Virus record (IMG/VR): IMGVR_UViG_3300045988_183421
DNA length: 64,000 bases
From: a virus
Reading direction: 5' to 3' (one strand)
Part shown: in pieces, positions 39,858 through 49,566 of the stretch
How positions within the stretch are numbered: the stretch's first letter is position 1
Layout: every line of letters starts with the position of its first letter
Notes under the pieces: generated by a model
What the model saw: the letters and a program-made list of their open reading frames with translations, nothing else
Databases searched by the model: none
Told to the model about the DNA's origin: nothing
Position numbers and translations under genes: made by a program

Positions 39858-40322
39858 ATGCCGCGTGGACGTCCCAAAAAGAATGAAGCAGAAAAAGAGA
39901 CCGTTGGCACGACGGTACGAACCACACTTGTTTTTGATTTAAGCAAAGACAATCATGTACTTGTATATGATTATCTGAACAGTTTGCAACGCGGCGGAAA
40001 AACCGATGCGGTTGTAAATGCTATAATCGACAAGGCTACAAAACAACATGAGATGCAAGAAGCGCAGTCCATCTTAAAAGAGGAACTGCAAAACACAATA
40101 GCAGAAGAAATCAGAAGCTGTATTCCTCAGATTGTAGATGCAGTGACAAGCAGCATTCAGAAAAACGGGATTGCGGTAGCTGCGCCAGCTTCAAATTACT
40201 CCCCCCAAAACATTACAGACACACAAACCATCAACACAACTCCCAAAACAGAAGAAGCACCGCCTCCTATTTCAGAAGAAGCGATGCTTGCATTACAGTT
40301 AGCCGATATGTTTGGCGGCTAA
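39858..40322 (+). CDS. parR: ParR-like ribbon-helix-helix centromere-binding adaptor.
   Basis: 'TLVFDLSKDNHVLVYDYLNSLQRGGKTDAVVNAIIDKA' resembles the ParR RHH. It sits immediately downstream of parM. Confidence 0.55.
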   Translation: MPRGRPKKNEAEKETVGTTVRTTLVFDLSKDNHVLVYDYLNSLQRGGKTDAVVNAIIDKATKQHEMQEAQSILKEELQNTIAEEIRSCIPQIVDAVTSSIQKNGIAVAAPASNYSPQNITDTQTINTTPKTEEAPPPISEEAMLALQLADMFGG

Positions 40323-40985
40323 TCATTTGTCGTGATTGGCTTTCTCTATTTTATCGAGACGCTTAATCTTATTCTCAGCGTTATCTAATCTGTTGCGGTA
40401 CTGAACTTCATTGGGTAACGCTTCACCATCATTACCATAGAAGTATTTCTTTGCCTTTGAAAGTATTTGAGAACTTGTTTTTCTTAAATTCGGGTCAAGG
40501 TATTCGGCACCGACCAATGTTCTTGAAATATCATCCATTGCATCGGGGCCAAGAGAAATCAGAAAAGAAGCCAGTTCCAAAGAGTATAGGTCTGCCACTG
40601 TTTGCGGAGCAGACACGGAATCAGGAATTGACAAATTATAGCCAAACAGATAGCAAAACTGAACCACATAAGGAAATACTACAGTTCCAAAGTTTGCATT
40701 TGGTTGCATGAATGTCTTGTTGTAAGCGGCAGTGCTGCTGTATCCCAACATTGCTGCAAATTCATCAGCGGTAAACCCATAACGGAGTCTCGTCCGTTCC
40801 ATCAGAACATTCAGATATTTCACGGTATTCTCCGTGTCAACAAAGCAAGATTTTGCCTGTTCCATAAAGGTATCTACAATTTTTGCTCGTTCTTGCTTGG
40901 AAGCAGTGTTCATTTTGCCTCCCATCAAAAAAGCATTGAAGATATTCTCTACCGATTCGTGGTTGTTGTTGATATTGTTACTCAT
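40323..40985 (-). CDS. Hypothetical protein with an HTH-like segment (GFTADEFAAMLGYSSTAAYNKTF).
   Basis: RBS GGAGGG (reverse complement). ORF of 220 aa. Confidence 0.55.
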   Translation of the reverse strand: MSNNINNNHESVENIFNAFLMGGKMNTASKQERAKIVDTFMEQAKSCFVDTENTVKYLNVLMERTRLRYGFTADEFAAMLGYSSTAAYNKTFMQPNANFGTVVFPYVVQFCYLFGYNLSIPDSVSAPQTVADLYSLELASFLISLGPDAMDDISRTLVGAEYLDPNLRKTSSQILSKAKKYFYGNDGEALPNEVQYRNRLDNAENKIKRLDKIEKANHDK

Positions 40986-41138
40986 AATTTCCCTCCTGCT
41001 TGGTTTAACAGACAAGTTTATATAATTACCGAAAACAACAATTTTTGTAATCGGTAATATAAATTATACCTTTACTGCACTTATATAATACCACAAAAAC
41101 GCGAAAAAGTCAATTACTGTACATTAGGGGAGCGATTT

Positions 41139-41594
41139 ATGGCCGCTATTATTTATCTTGATATCGTCAAAACGCCGGAACTGAATGGGGAGGTGTGCGT
41201 TCACAGTTTTGTCGTAAATCCTTCCGCCAAGTCGGATAGACAGAAGGATACTTATTTTATGGCTACTCCAATTGGTTATACAAGGCTGAAATTGGCAGAG
41301 CTCTGCCGCATTATCGAGAACATCGGTTTGCCAACAGGGTCTCAGATTGTCGTATTCAGCAGCGATAATGCGATTGCGCGTACTGGTGCTTCTTTTGGCG
41401 TAGAGGACGGCGATACTGAGCCCAGTCATAACAAAGACCTTTGGGCGCGACTCAAATATGCCTGTAGCGCAAAGAAGTACAAGGTCATGTTCCATTATAG
41501 TGGCCTTTTGTCCGAAACCGTACATGATAACACGCATATTCATATTGAAACGAATCTTGCGAAAGGAGGGAAGGCAAATTGTCCGAAGCATTGA
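41139..41594 (+). CDS. RNase-HI-like protein of 151 aa.
   Basis: 'GYTRLKLAELCRIIENIG..IVVFSSDNAIARTG..NKDLWARLKYACSAKKYKVMFHY' is collinear with E. coli RnhA '[58 protein letters not shown]'. Confidence 0.65.
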   Translation: MAAIIYLDIVKTPELNGEVCVHSFVVNPSAKSDRQKDTYFMATPIGYTRLKLAELCRIIENIGLPTGSQIVVFSSDNAIARTGASFGVEDGDTEPSHNKDLWARLKYACSAKKYKVMFHYSGLLSETVHDNTHIHIETNLAKGGKANCPKH

Positions 41595-42640
41595 ATAAAG
41601 CCCAAGAACAGCAGCTTTACGCATTGCTCGATGCTATTATGCAGGACAACATTGTTCTGCGTAGAAGTTTTGGCGGAGACATCCCCAATTCTTATGTGCT
41701 GACAAAGTGCGTAAACCGTGTTGTGGAAGAGCGGCCTGAACTGAAAGAAGCGGCTGTTCTGATGATATTGTATCCGGCACTCAAATGGATGATGCAGGCA
41801 CAAGACCTTGATGTCATGATGCAGAACTGTGAAAACGTTCACGACGATGAGATGTGCGATGTCGAAGCCATTTCCCGTCTGCGCCGTATTCAGAGCTGGC
41901 TGGCTCCGAATATTGAGGAAGAGTCTTTGCATTTCAGGAAACGCAAAGAATACTTCGAAAGTTGTCAGATGCTGCTTGACGCCATTGAGGAGTCGCGGTT
42001 AGAACTCTTGTACGAAGTCGATTATTGTTCCAGCATGCGGGAGGTGTTTGATTGCTTTTTGAATCCCGCCGTTCTTCCGAAGAATGGACGCATCAAAATC
42101 ATGAAGTATTGCGAGCGGTGCATTGAATCCGTTTACAATACAGCAGGTAGTGTTATCAAGGAATATTATAAAATCCTGATGACAAGCAGTGATGTGGACG
42201 GGGTAGAAGAAGCAAGCCTTTATCATAATGTTCCGCTGCTCCTTACGGAATACACGCGTATTCTGTATCGTGCCTCACGGTCAAAGGACCCCGCCATGAA
42301 GCTGCTTGGGTCTTCTTCGTACGAAGATTTGAGTAAAATCAAAGTTTCTGATAAAAACAGAAGCGATGCCTATCTCATTGTGGAGTATGTGAAACTCATA
42401 CGAGGGGCTGTCGAAATCATGAAACAGTTTCCGCTTGGTCAACGTTATTATGACGTTATCCTTGCAATGATTGAGGGGAAAAAGTACAACTGGACAGATG
42501 AGCAGATTGCCGGGCATCTTGGTGTTACGGCAGGAACATTCTCTACCAGAAAAGGACATGCCATTGGTGTGTTCGGATGCTTATTGTTTGGCTGTGACGC
42601 GAACGGGCTGCTTAATTGCCTGATTGACGCTCGCGTTTAA
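41579..42640 (+). CDS. Putative regulator with a C-terminal sigma-70 region-4-like HTH (TTG start).
   Basis: RBS AAAGGAGGG. The C-terminus 'EGKKYNWTDEQIAGHLGVTAGTFSTRKGHAIGVF' resembles region 4.2. Confidence 0.45.
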   Translation: MSEALNKAQEQQLYALLDAIMQDNIVLRRSFGGDIPNSYVLTKCVNRVVEERPELKEAAVLMILYPALKWMMQAQDLDVMMQNCENVHDDEMCDVEAISRLRRIQSWLAPNIEEESLHFRKRKEYFESCQMLLDAIEESRLELLYEVDYCSSMREVFDCFLNPAVLPKNGRIKIMKYCERCIESVYNTAGSVIKEYYKILMTSSDVDGVEEASLYHNVPLLLTEYTRILYRASRSKDPAMKLLGSSSYEDLSKIKVSDKNRSDAYLIVEYVKLIRGAVEIMKQFPLGQRYYDVILAMIEGKKYNWTDEQIAGHLGVTAGTFSTRKGHAIGVFGCLLFGCDANGLLNCLIDARV

Positions 42641-42656
42641 ATAAGAGGTACAGATT

Positions 42657-43151
42657 ATGGCTCGGAATCATTGTACTTCTGAAAACAGCAACCATACAGA
42701 AACCCAAAAACAAAGTACAACTCCTAAAACCATAACGTACGAACGCAAATGCAAGGAATGCGGCAGGATTTTTTATTCTACCGCCAAAAACACTCAATAT
42801 TGCAAGTCCTGCAGTACCCTAAGAAGAGAAACTCAGGTAAAGAAGAACACAGAAACGAGGCGAATGAAGATAGGACAGACAAGAAATAAAATCACTACGG
42901 GACATGCTTACAATCTGGACGGGAAAAGGGTTGTAATCCCGAATGATTATATGCTGAATGCTGTCAGCATATTCGCCAGTTATCTCGGTGTTTCATACGG
43001 CAAATTCGATTCATGGAAAGAGAAAAATATGGACGAATACCTTGAATGGGAACGTCAGATGCTCATTGATTATGTTGAGCAGAGTAAAAAGTGCAAGATG
43101 TGCGGTCCGAGAGCTCCTTCGCGCAAGGTGTTCGAAAAGTACAAGAGATAA
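42657..43151 (+). CDS. Zinc-ribbon protein of 164 aa.
   Basis: CKECGRIFY..CKSCS and a C-terminal CKMCG. Confidence 0.55.
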   Translation: MARNHCTSENSNHTETQKQSTTPKTITYERKCKECGRIFYSTAKNTQYCKSCSTLRRETQVKKNTETRRMKIGQTRNKITTGHAYNLDGKRVVIPNDYMLNAVSIFASYLGVSYGKFDSWKEKNMDEYLEWERQMLIDYVEQSKKCKMCGPRAPSRKVFEKYKR

Positions 43152-43165
43152 GGGGTGTGATAAAC

Positions 43166-44152
43166 ATGAATGAGCATTATGTTATCGGTCAGGTACGCGC
43201 CATGTATGAAGGCAAGGAACGTGTTTTCGATGTCTATGATGATGGTACGGTAATTCTGCCTAACGGGGAACAGATGACGCTTGACGATTCCGTTGTGGAA
43301 ACGCTTCGCGCCGAATACAACAACGCAAAGTCTGCCAACAACAATGGCGCAAAAGGGCTGAATGTGAATGTCGGCCATAGAGAGACCAAAGCTTACGAAG
43401 TGCTTACAAAGACAAGCGATACACTGGATGAAGCAAACCAGACGCTTAAAGATACTAAGCATGCCAGTAAGGAAATCCTAGAACAGGCACAAATCATCAA
43501 AAACAATAACAAGCGTAATATCGGTATCGCAATGTTCATTGTTGCCGTTGTCGCCATCGCTATTGGCTTCTTCGTATACACAAACTGGGTCCAAATCAGT
43601 GGACAGCTTACCGGAGAATATAAAGTTGCTGTCGTAAATGTGGATATTCCTTCCGGGGATACCATCGAGGATTCAGAACTCAGCTATAAGACTTTGAGTG
43701 TCAACGAATACGAATCCTTATGCGGTTCGCATTTCGTAGACGGCGACGGGAAGATGCAGCAGGATACTCCCGTGTTCTTTGTGGATAGAACAGGTTCTAT
43801 CGTAAACAAGTTCGCGACCTCTGATATGAAGGCCGGAGATATTGTTATGACGTCTTCTGTATCTGCACAAAAAGCGTCACAGGATATGTATGTGGTTGAG
43901 ACCGAAGATAAGGATGGAAATCGTCAGAAGCAAACAATAGATGGCGCATTGCTTGCGGGGGATACGACCATTCAATATATCGCACGGGTAACTACTTCGT
44001 CTGGGGAGTCTTACGATGTCGTCTTGTCCAGCATTAAACTACGCGACAAGACAATCGAGGATGTTCTGAATGAGCAGGGTGCAAGCATTTTACAGTCTGC
44101 CAGTACGACAAACAGCGCAGATAAAGATTCTAACGTAGAAGGCGGTGAATAA
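43166..44152 (+). CDS. Single-pass membrane protein, hypothetical.
   Basis: RBS AAGGGG. Transmembrane segment IGIAMFIVAVVAIAIGFFVY. Confidence 0.55.
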   Translation: MNEHYVIGQVRAMYEGKERVFDVYDDGTVILPNGEQMTLDDSVVETLRAEYNNAKSANNNGAKGLNVNVGHRETKAYEVLTKTSDTLDEANQTLKDTKHASKEILEQAQIIKNNNKRNIGIAMFIVAVVAIAIGFFVYTNWVQISGQLTGEYKVAVVNVDIPSGDTIEDSELSYKTLSVNEYESLCGSHFVDGDGKMQQDTPVFFVDRTGSIVNKFATSDMKAGDIVMTSSVSAQKASQDMYVVETEDKDGNRQKQTIDGALLAGDTTIQYIARVTTSSGESYDVVLSSIKLRDKTIEDVLNEQGASILQSASTTNSADKDSNVEGGE

Positions 44153-44153
44153 A

Positions 44154-44828
44154 ATGTCTAAGATTTATCATCCGGATTGCAAATCTCTTATCACATCTAT
44201 GTATGTGAAGAATGGGCTTATCGCTATTCTGTTCTTGATTGCTTCTATTTTCGGTGTTGTTGTAATGCAGGAGTGGAAGATTCTTCTTATCGGCTTGATG
44301 TGCGCCGCTTATTTTATTTTTCAAATTTATGAGATTCATAATGATGAAAAAAATGAACGGTATAAGACTGTTAAGGGAATTGTTGTATCCGATGAGTCCA
44401 GCAAAAATATGATTCGCCAGCAGATTTCAACCTATCGAATCATCCCTGTCAATGAGGATGGAGAGTTTATCGACAAAAACGGAAAATACGATTTTTTCCT
44501 CAGCGTCAACGAATCAAAGAAAAACGTTAAAAACTCTTTCTTCGTTGGTGCTATGTATGACTTTATTTTTAAATCAAATGAGGATGGCGTAACTGCGTTT
44601 AATGACAGAAATCTCGTAACCTGCAGTCGTGTAACGACAGCCGTCAAAAACGATGATACTATTGTCCCCTCTGATACGCAGAAATCAGTACCTTCCATGA
44701 GTCCGTTGGAAGCGTACGATAAAGTCAAACAAGAAGCTGAAAAAGAAGTTATTGAACAAAAAAAGAAACACACAAAAGAAAATCTTGTCTTTTTGGACGG
44801 ATTTGGCGAAGGCGGTGATTCAAAGTGA
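44154..44828 (+). CDS. Membrane protein, hypothetical.
   Basis: Two N-terminal transmembrane helices ([17 protein letters not shown] and [13 protein letters not shown]). Confidence 0.5.
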   Translation: MSKIYHPDCKSLITSMYVKNGLIAILFLIASIFGVVVMQEWKILLIGLMCAAYFIFQIYEIHNDEKNERYKTVKGIVVSDESSKNMIRQQISTYRIIPVNEDGEFIDKNGKYDFFLSVNESKKNVKNSFFVGAMYDFIFKSNEDGVTAFNDRNLVTCSRVTTAVKNDDTIVPSDTQKSVPSMSPLEAYDKVKQEAEKEVIEQKKKHTKENLVFLDGFGEGGDSK

Positions 44829-46249
44829 ATAGCTTTGTATCATTCGTCTTGCTGATGCTCGTTCCGTATATTTTTTCTTTAAGCATTATCACCATAAATG
44901 CTAAGTACCTTACATTGCTTATTATTGCTGCGTATTGCATGGTAAACACGTGGTATTCTGAAAACTCCTTTACTTTTATGGGAAGGCGTGTTCATAAGCG
45001 CGGTATATTGGTGCGCGGTATTGTGCAGAACGTATGGCGCGGTGAAGATGATACCTATGTAGTAGATATCGCCGCAAAAGATTCTGACGGCATCGAAACG
45101 ATTATTGTTCCTGCGCGGTCTGTTGGAAATGAATTCTTACGTGCATTCTTGGCATCACAGAAGAATGGTGAATATTTTGATATTGCTGTAATTCAGTACA
45201 CAGACAGCTTAGGAGAAAAGACTTACGAGATACCTTGTGATTGGGCAACAAACGGCTTGTCAAGTGGTTTGTCTTATCACCCGCAGAAGGGGAGAGACAG
45301 TTTTATGCAAAACCGAAAAGACCAAGGAGATAAAACAGTATTTATCATGCGCGGTATCTGCGAGCTGCTGATTCCGGTGTCGTTTATCTGTTTTATTTTT
45401 GATGCAGGACTTGCTATTGTTTTACTGGTTGTTTCTCTGTGCGGTATTGTATGCTTTGTGCCGAGCCGCAAGTTGTCAAACCACAAATTTTGTGGTATAA
45501 TATTAGTAGAAAGAACGATTACTACTATTGAGAAGTGGTGGAATTCGAAATCTGACATGAATGTGCCTGCTGAGATAAAGGAAAGCGAAAATACCGCATC
45601 AGCAGAAAAAGAAAAGAAAGAAAAAACTGAGGCGATTCGCCGTGCAGTACAAAAGGCGGAGTCCGAAGAAAAGAAGTCTGAGGCCGTTGTAGCAATCGAT
45701 GGCCTTTTGCAGAAGGGAACTGCCAAGGTTCCAGTAAAGGAAGAATCTGTAGTGCAAGAAGAGCAAGGCTCAAACGCACAAGAGTCTTCTGCTTTGGAAT
45801 CAAAACAATCAGACAAAGATGATTTATCAAAAAACAAAAAGGTTCAGGAACCCGTCACAGAAACAAACAAGGATAAGGCTTCAGCGGATGCGGTTGTTGA
45901 TTCAAACACAGCAAGTGCAAAAACAAACGATGGTGGTTCCAATGAACCTGTAAAGTCAAAAAGAACTTCCAAAAAACGCCAAACAACCAAGAAAAGAGAA
46001 AAGAAACCAGCGTCCTCAAATTCTCAGTTGACATTTGATTTGCTTTCAGATGTTGCAAAAGAGGATGCACAAATCACCAATCCATCGGATAAGGTTCAGA
46101 ATGAAAAAGACGACGATTCCTCTGACGAAATCGAAAAAGTGGAGGATACCGACATCGAGGTCATTGAACCGCCGAAAGAACATGTAAATCGATTCGGGGA
46201 CTCTTTGATAAAGAAGAAACCCGATGATAACATCGTGGCAGAATATTGA
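44825..46249 (+). CDS. Membrane protein (N-terminal 220 aa) fused to a long acidic K/E/S-rich disordered tail. An intact promoter sits inside it at 45473-45501.
   Basis: Continuous ORF of 474 aa. The hydrophobic N-terminus gives way to low-complexity sequence. Confidence 0.5.
   Translation: MNSFVSFVLLMLVPYIFSLSIITINAKYLTLLIIAAYCMVNTWYSENSFTFMGRRVHKRGILVRGIVQNVWRGEDDTYVVDIAAKDSDGIETIIVPARSVGNEFLRAFLASQKNGEYFDIAVIQYTDSLGEKTYEIPCDWATNGLSSGLSYHPQKGRDSFMQNRKDQGDKTVFIMRGICELLIPVSFICFIFDAGLAIVLLVVSLCGIVCFVPSRKLSNHKFCGIILVERTITTIEKWWNSKSDMNVPAEIKESENTASAEKEKKEKTEAIRRAVQKAESEEKKSEAVVAIDGLLQKGTAKVPVKEESVVQEEQGSNAQESSALESKQSDKDDLSKNKKVQEPVTETNKDKASADAVVDSNTASAKTNDGGSNEPVKSKRTSKKRQTTKKREKKPASSNSQLTFDLLSDVAKEDAQITNPSDKVQNEKDDDSSDEIEKVEDTDIEVIEPPKEHVNRFGDSLIKKKPDDNIVAEY
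45473..45501 (+). promoter_or_regulatory. Promoter family B, copy 6, located inside the ORF (TTGTCA..TTTTGTGGTATAATATTAG).
   Basis: Perfect -35, 17-nt spacer with TGTGG extension, and -10 TATAAT. Confidence 0.5.
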
Positions 46250-46280
46250 TTCTGTCACTCCTTCCAAAGGAGGAGCCTGT

Positions 46281-46934
46281 ATGCCGAAGAAGTCTAATGC
46301 AGAAAAAGTATGGTCCAATAAACTCCCTAAGATACTCAAACCTGTTGGCTGTTCGTTTTCTGATGATGAATGGAACGACTTTTCCAGCTTTTTTCCTGTA
46401 AACGGATGGGATGCGTATCCTCCTGAACCCGATAAGACCGGTGAAATCATAAAAAAGCTATTAGAGAACAAGGCTAATAAGTACAAGAATATTGTTTCTC
46501 AAAATAAATGCCTTTTGTGCGGTGAAGTCACAGATGGTCTCTCTTCTCACTACCGCAAAGATTTAGGCTTATGCGTTGCCTGCTGCCAAAGCGTGTTCTA
46601 TGTGCGCCGCTGTAAGCGCAACCGCCTTGTAATAGACCCGGAAAACGGAAAAGAAATAAAGGAATGGGATAGAGATAAGACGCATGCAAAATGCGCCGTC
46701 TGCGGGAATGAAGGCATTTCTAATGTCGCGCTTTGCTTATGCAAGAAATGTTCTTCTCGCGCATCGAATCAACGTATCAGAAAAACTGTAGCAGATATCA
46801 AACCGGAAGAACTCGGCGTAAAGTATGTTACGAAACGCTATCAGGATTACGCTAAAGAGATGTTCCCGAACAGTCTGAAAGACACTTCGGAAATAAAACT
46901 TGTACGACAAGATATGGGATACGGTATTCGTTGA
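46281..46934 (+). CDS. Cys-rich (multi-CxxC) hypothetical protein.
   Basis: RBS AGGAGG. Motifs CLLCG, CVACC, CAVCG, CLCKKC. Confidence 0.55.
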   Translation: MPKKSNAEKVWSNKLPKILKPVGCSFSDDEWNDFSSFFPVNGWDAYPPEPDKTGEIIKKLLENKANKYKNIVSQNKCLLCGEVTDGLSSHYRKDLGLCVACCQSVFYVRRCKRNRLVIDPENGKEIKEWDRDKTHAKCAVCGNEGISNVALCLCKKCSSRASNQRIRKTVADIKPEELGVKYVTKRYQDYAKEMFPNSLKDTSEIKLVRQDMGYGIR

Positions 46935-47057
46935 CATTCTCCCCACGGCTAAAGCAGGGGGATTCCTGCATCAACCACCACTGCACAGCAACCGAGGTTG
47001 TTGCGTCTTACACGATGTCAGACAGGCGTTACTTCCCGTGTGTCCCACGGTACGGTA

Positions 47058-47296
47058 TGTATTAGTTTAAGCGGATTTTTCAAGTCCTTTACGCAAAATG
47101 TTAATGGCAGCGTTCTTGTCACGGTCATGAACCGTGTGACAAGACGGACATTCCCATTGACGGATGCTGAGGTTCTTAACAGCCACATTCTTATAACCGC
47201 AGCAACTGCATGTTTGGCTGCTTGGATAGAATGTATTGTCCACGCTATCGGAGAAAACTATTTCTTGTGGCTGGGTTTGAGGCTCGATTCAAGGAG
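47058..47296 (-). pseudogene. tnpB: C-terminal fragment of an IS605-family TnpB (zinc finger plus RuvC-III).
   Basis: Reverse-complement translation '..[54 protein letters not shown]'. Confidence 0.75.
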
Positions 47297-47574
47297 CTTG
47301 TGGCCCAAATCTGTGAGCAAAACGACATCGTGATATTGGCAATGGAATGTCATGTTGACCATTGTCATCTTTTCGTGAATGCTCCGCCTACATTAAGTGC
47401 TGCGGAAATCATGAAAATTTTAAAGGAACCACCGGAAGAATACTCAAGCAAGAGTTTTTCCCTGACACGGTTATGCAAATGTGGACTCGCAGCTACTTTG
47501 TAAGTACCGCTGGCGATGTGTCCAATGATACAATTCAACGCTATGTTGAAGAACAAAAAACGAGAGGAGGGTAA
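47210..47574 (+). pseudogene. tnpA: IS200-family TnpA (HUH Y1 transposase) with a frameshift at a TTTTAAAGG site (47419-47425). The N-terminal ~25 aa are missing.
   Basis: Frame a gives '[63 protein letters not shown]'. Frame b gives 'GTTGRILKQEFFPDTVMQMWTRSYFVSTAGDVSNDTIQRYVEEQ'. Confidence 0.75.
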
Positions 47575-47576
47575 TC

Positions 47577-49313
47577 ATGGCATTCGGGAGCAAAAACAGC
47601 ACACCGTCATTTGTGTTGACACTGCCGATGGTTATAGGTCTTAATGAACAAGACTATCTGAATAAAGAATTCAAGAAATGCGGCATTATCTATAATCAAC
47701 TTGTAAATGCGACCACAAAGATGTGGCATCAATTGCGTAAGACACGCAAGTATCGTGAACTAATGGCAGCTATTGCTAAAGCTGCTCCCGATAGCGATGA
47801 GCAGAAGGCACTTTTTAAGCAACGCGAGAAAATGCTTAAAGAGTACCGCTTCTCTGAGGATGCCTTTCATGCGATGGTCGTGCCCTATGCAAAGCACTAT
47901 GCTATCAATTCTCATGTAGCGCAGTCGATTGCTACTGCGGTTTGGACTGCGTGGTCATCTTTCTTTTTTGATAAAGGAAAGGAAGTCCACTACAAGAAAC
48001 TGGAATATGTTTCTTCAATATCAGGAAAAAATAATGCTACCGGAATAATGCTTCGTCCAGCAAATCACACCACAAGTGTTATCAATTCTGCCAAGACAAA
48101 AGCTAAAAACTCTATTGAGAAAAAATACTTTGCTGCGTACAGAAAACCAGACGCCAAAGAAGGCGAAGAAGTTGTTCTTCCCGACGAAGTAAAAGCACAA
48201 ATGGAAAAAGAGATTGCTGCTGCTACAGCAAAAGTCAAAACTTCCATTGGCAAAGGCAAGTTGCACATCACTTATGGGGATTATACATTCCCAGTGACAT
48301 TGCGAAATCCCGACACTCAAACGGGATGGTATCAACAGGAAGCGCTCAAATGCGGCGTTAAATACTGCCGTATAATTCGCAAATGGGTCAGCACCAAATG
48401 GAAGTATTATGCCCAAATTGTCCTTGAAGGCTATCCTCCCATTAAGTGTGACAACAACGGCGTTGCAAAACATCCTGTCAAACAGGGTCGTGTCGGTATA
48501 GATATCGGTACTCAAACTATTGCCTTTAGCGGTAAGGATGTTTGTGACCTTCGCGTGCTTGCTCCGGCTGCAAGAGCGCAGGCGAAAAGCCTTGTGAACG
48601 AAATCGCTTCTACGCTTCGTGCAATGGACCGTTCGCGCCGCGCTACGAATCCGAAATATTATAATCCGGATGGCACAATCAAAAGGTTAAAGCGGCAGCA
48701 TGGGCAAAAACAAAAGCGCAAGTGGAAATACAGCAAACGGTATTATCGCCTGCGTGCAAAACTGCGTAACCTGTACCGTAAATTAGCTGATATCCGCAAA
48801 ATGGAGCATAACATTCTCGCAAACGAATTGCTTACCCATGGCAATGAGTTCGTCGTTGAAGATATGAACTATAAAGCCCTGCAGAAGCGTAGTATAGAAA
48901 CAAAAATCAATTCAAAAACCGGCAGAGCACATACTAAAAAACGGTTTGGTAAATCGTTAAGTCGTTGTGCGCCTGCAATGTTTATCTCCATTCTGGGGAA
49001 AAAGGCAAACCGTTACGGAGGCAGTGTTATTAAGGTCAGCACCTTTGAAACAAAAGCCTCGCAATTTGACCATACAGACGAAAGTTATACCAAAAAGAAA
49101 CTATCTGAACGAATGGCTCGCCTCCGCAGCGGCGATATAGTTCAGCGCGACTTATATTCCGCCTTCCTGCTTGAACATATAGATACCGAATCTTTGCAGT
49201 ACAATATGGAAACCCTTAATTCAGCTTTTCCTGCATTTTTAGAAATGCACGAAAATACAAAGCGGCGCTTGCAGGCGGTTGGAAGCTCTCTTCCTGCAAG
49301 CATTGGATTCTAA
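47577..49313 (+). CDS. Large (578 aa) TnpB-like protein. It has a TnpB-type N-terminal WED region with insertions, and RuvC-I/II/III motifs, but lacks the zinc-finger cysteines.
   Basis: RBS GAGGAGG. Motifs 'GRVGIDIGTQTIAF', 'EFVVEDMNYKALQ' and 'IVQRDLYSAFLLEH'. The region where TnpB carries SQTCSxCG...CxxCG reads 'SQFDHTDESY...RLRSGD'. Confidence 0.7.
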   Translation: MAFGSKNSTPSFVLTLPMVIGLNEQDYLNKEFKKCGIIYNQLVNATTKMWHQLRKTRKYRELMAAIAKAAPDSDEQKALFKQREKMLKEYRFSEDAFHAMVVPYAKHYAINSHVAQSIATAVWTAWSSFFFDKGKEVHYKKLEYVSSISGKNNATGIMLRPANHTTSVINSAKTKAKNSIEKKYFAAYRKPDAKEGEEVVLPDEVKAQMEKEIAAATAKVKTSIGKGKLHITYGDYTFPVTLRNPDTQTGWYQQEALKCGVKYCRIIRKWVSTKWKYYAQIVLEGYPPIKCDNNGVAKHPVKQGRVGIDIGTQTIAFSGKDVCDLRVLAPAARAQAKSLVNEIASTLRAMDRSRRATNPKYYNPDGTIKRLKRQHGQKQKRKWKYSKRYYRLRAKLRNLYRKLADIRKMEHNILANELLTHGNEFVVEDMNYKALQKRSIETKINSKTGRAHTKKRFGKSLSRCAPAMFISILGKKANRYGGSVIKVSTFETKASQFDHTDESYTKKKLSERMARLRSGDIVQRDLYSAFLLEHIDTESLQYNMETLNSAFPAFLEMHENTKRRLQAVGSSLPASIGF

Positions 49314-49566
49314 ACAATAACTTTCTGGGGACTCGACACTTCCTCATTAAAGAGCTGCCTCGCAAGAGGTGAAACTCCCTTCGGAGGATGCACTTAAAAG
49401 AACTGGGAATGCAGACAAGTATGTTGGTCAACCTTTTAGGCTGGATGCTCGTTATACGCTACACCCGTAGCGTATGGTGGGAAACCGCATAACTCGCTGT
49501 TTCAGACACGGTTTGGCGATGAACCTTGCCGCGCCGCTCAGGAATCCCACGATTTCAATCGTGGGA
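49314..49566 (+). ncRNA. Highly structured non-coding region immediately 3' of the tnpB-like gene. It could be an omega-RNA (reRNA) scaffold or the IS right end.
   Basis: Hairpins CCTC-GCAA-GAGG, CTCC-CTTC-GGAG, GCTAC-accc-GTAGC and CCCACGA-tttcaa-TCGTGGG within 250 nt. No ORF. Confidence 0.4.

Noticed and set aside
33000-47000. Prophage interpretation of the cassette region
   Set aside because: There is no integrase, terminase, portal, capsid or tail gene and no att-like repeats. The presence of parM/parR with iterons points to plasmid ancestry instead.
46998-47333. 111-aa plus-strand ORF at the left edge of the IS region; also small ORFs 49474..49764 (+) and 49743..49954
   Set aside because: They overlap the TnpB 3' fragment or the structured RNA/IS-end region in other frames, have no RBS, and give translations with no features. 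They are more likely chance ORFs.
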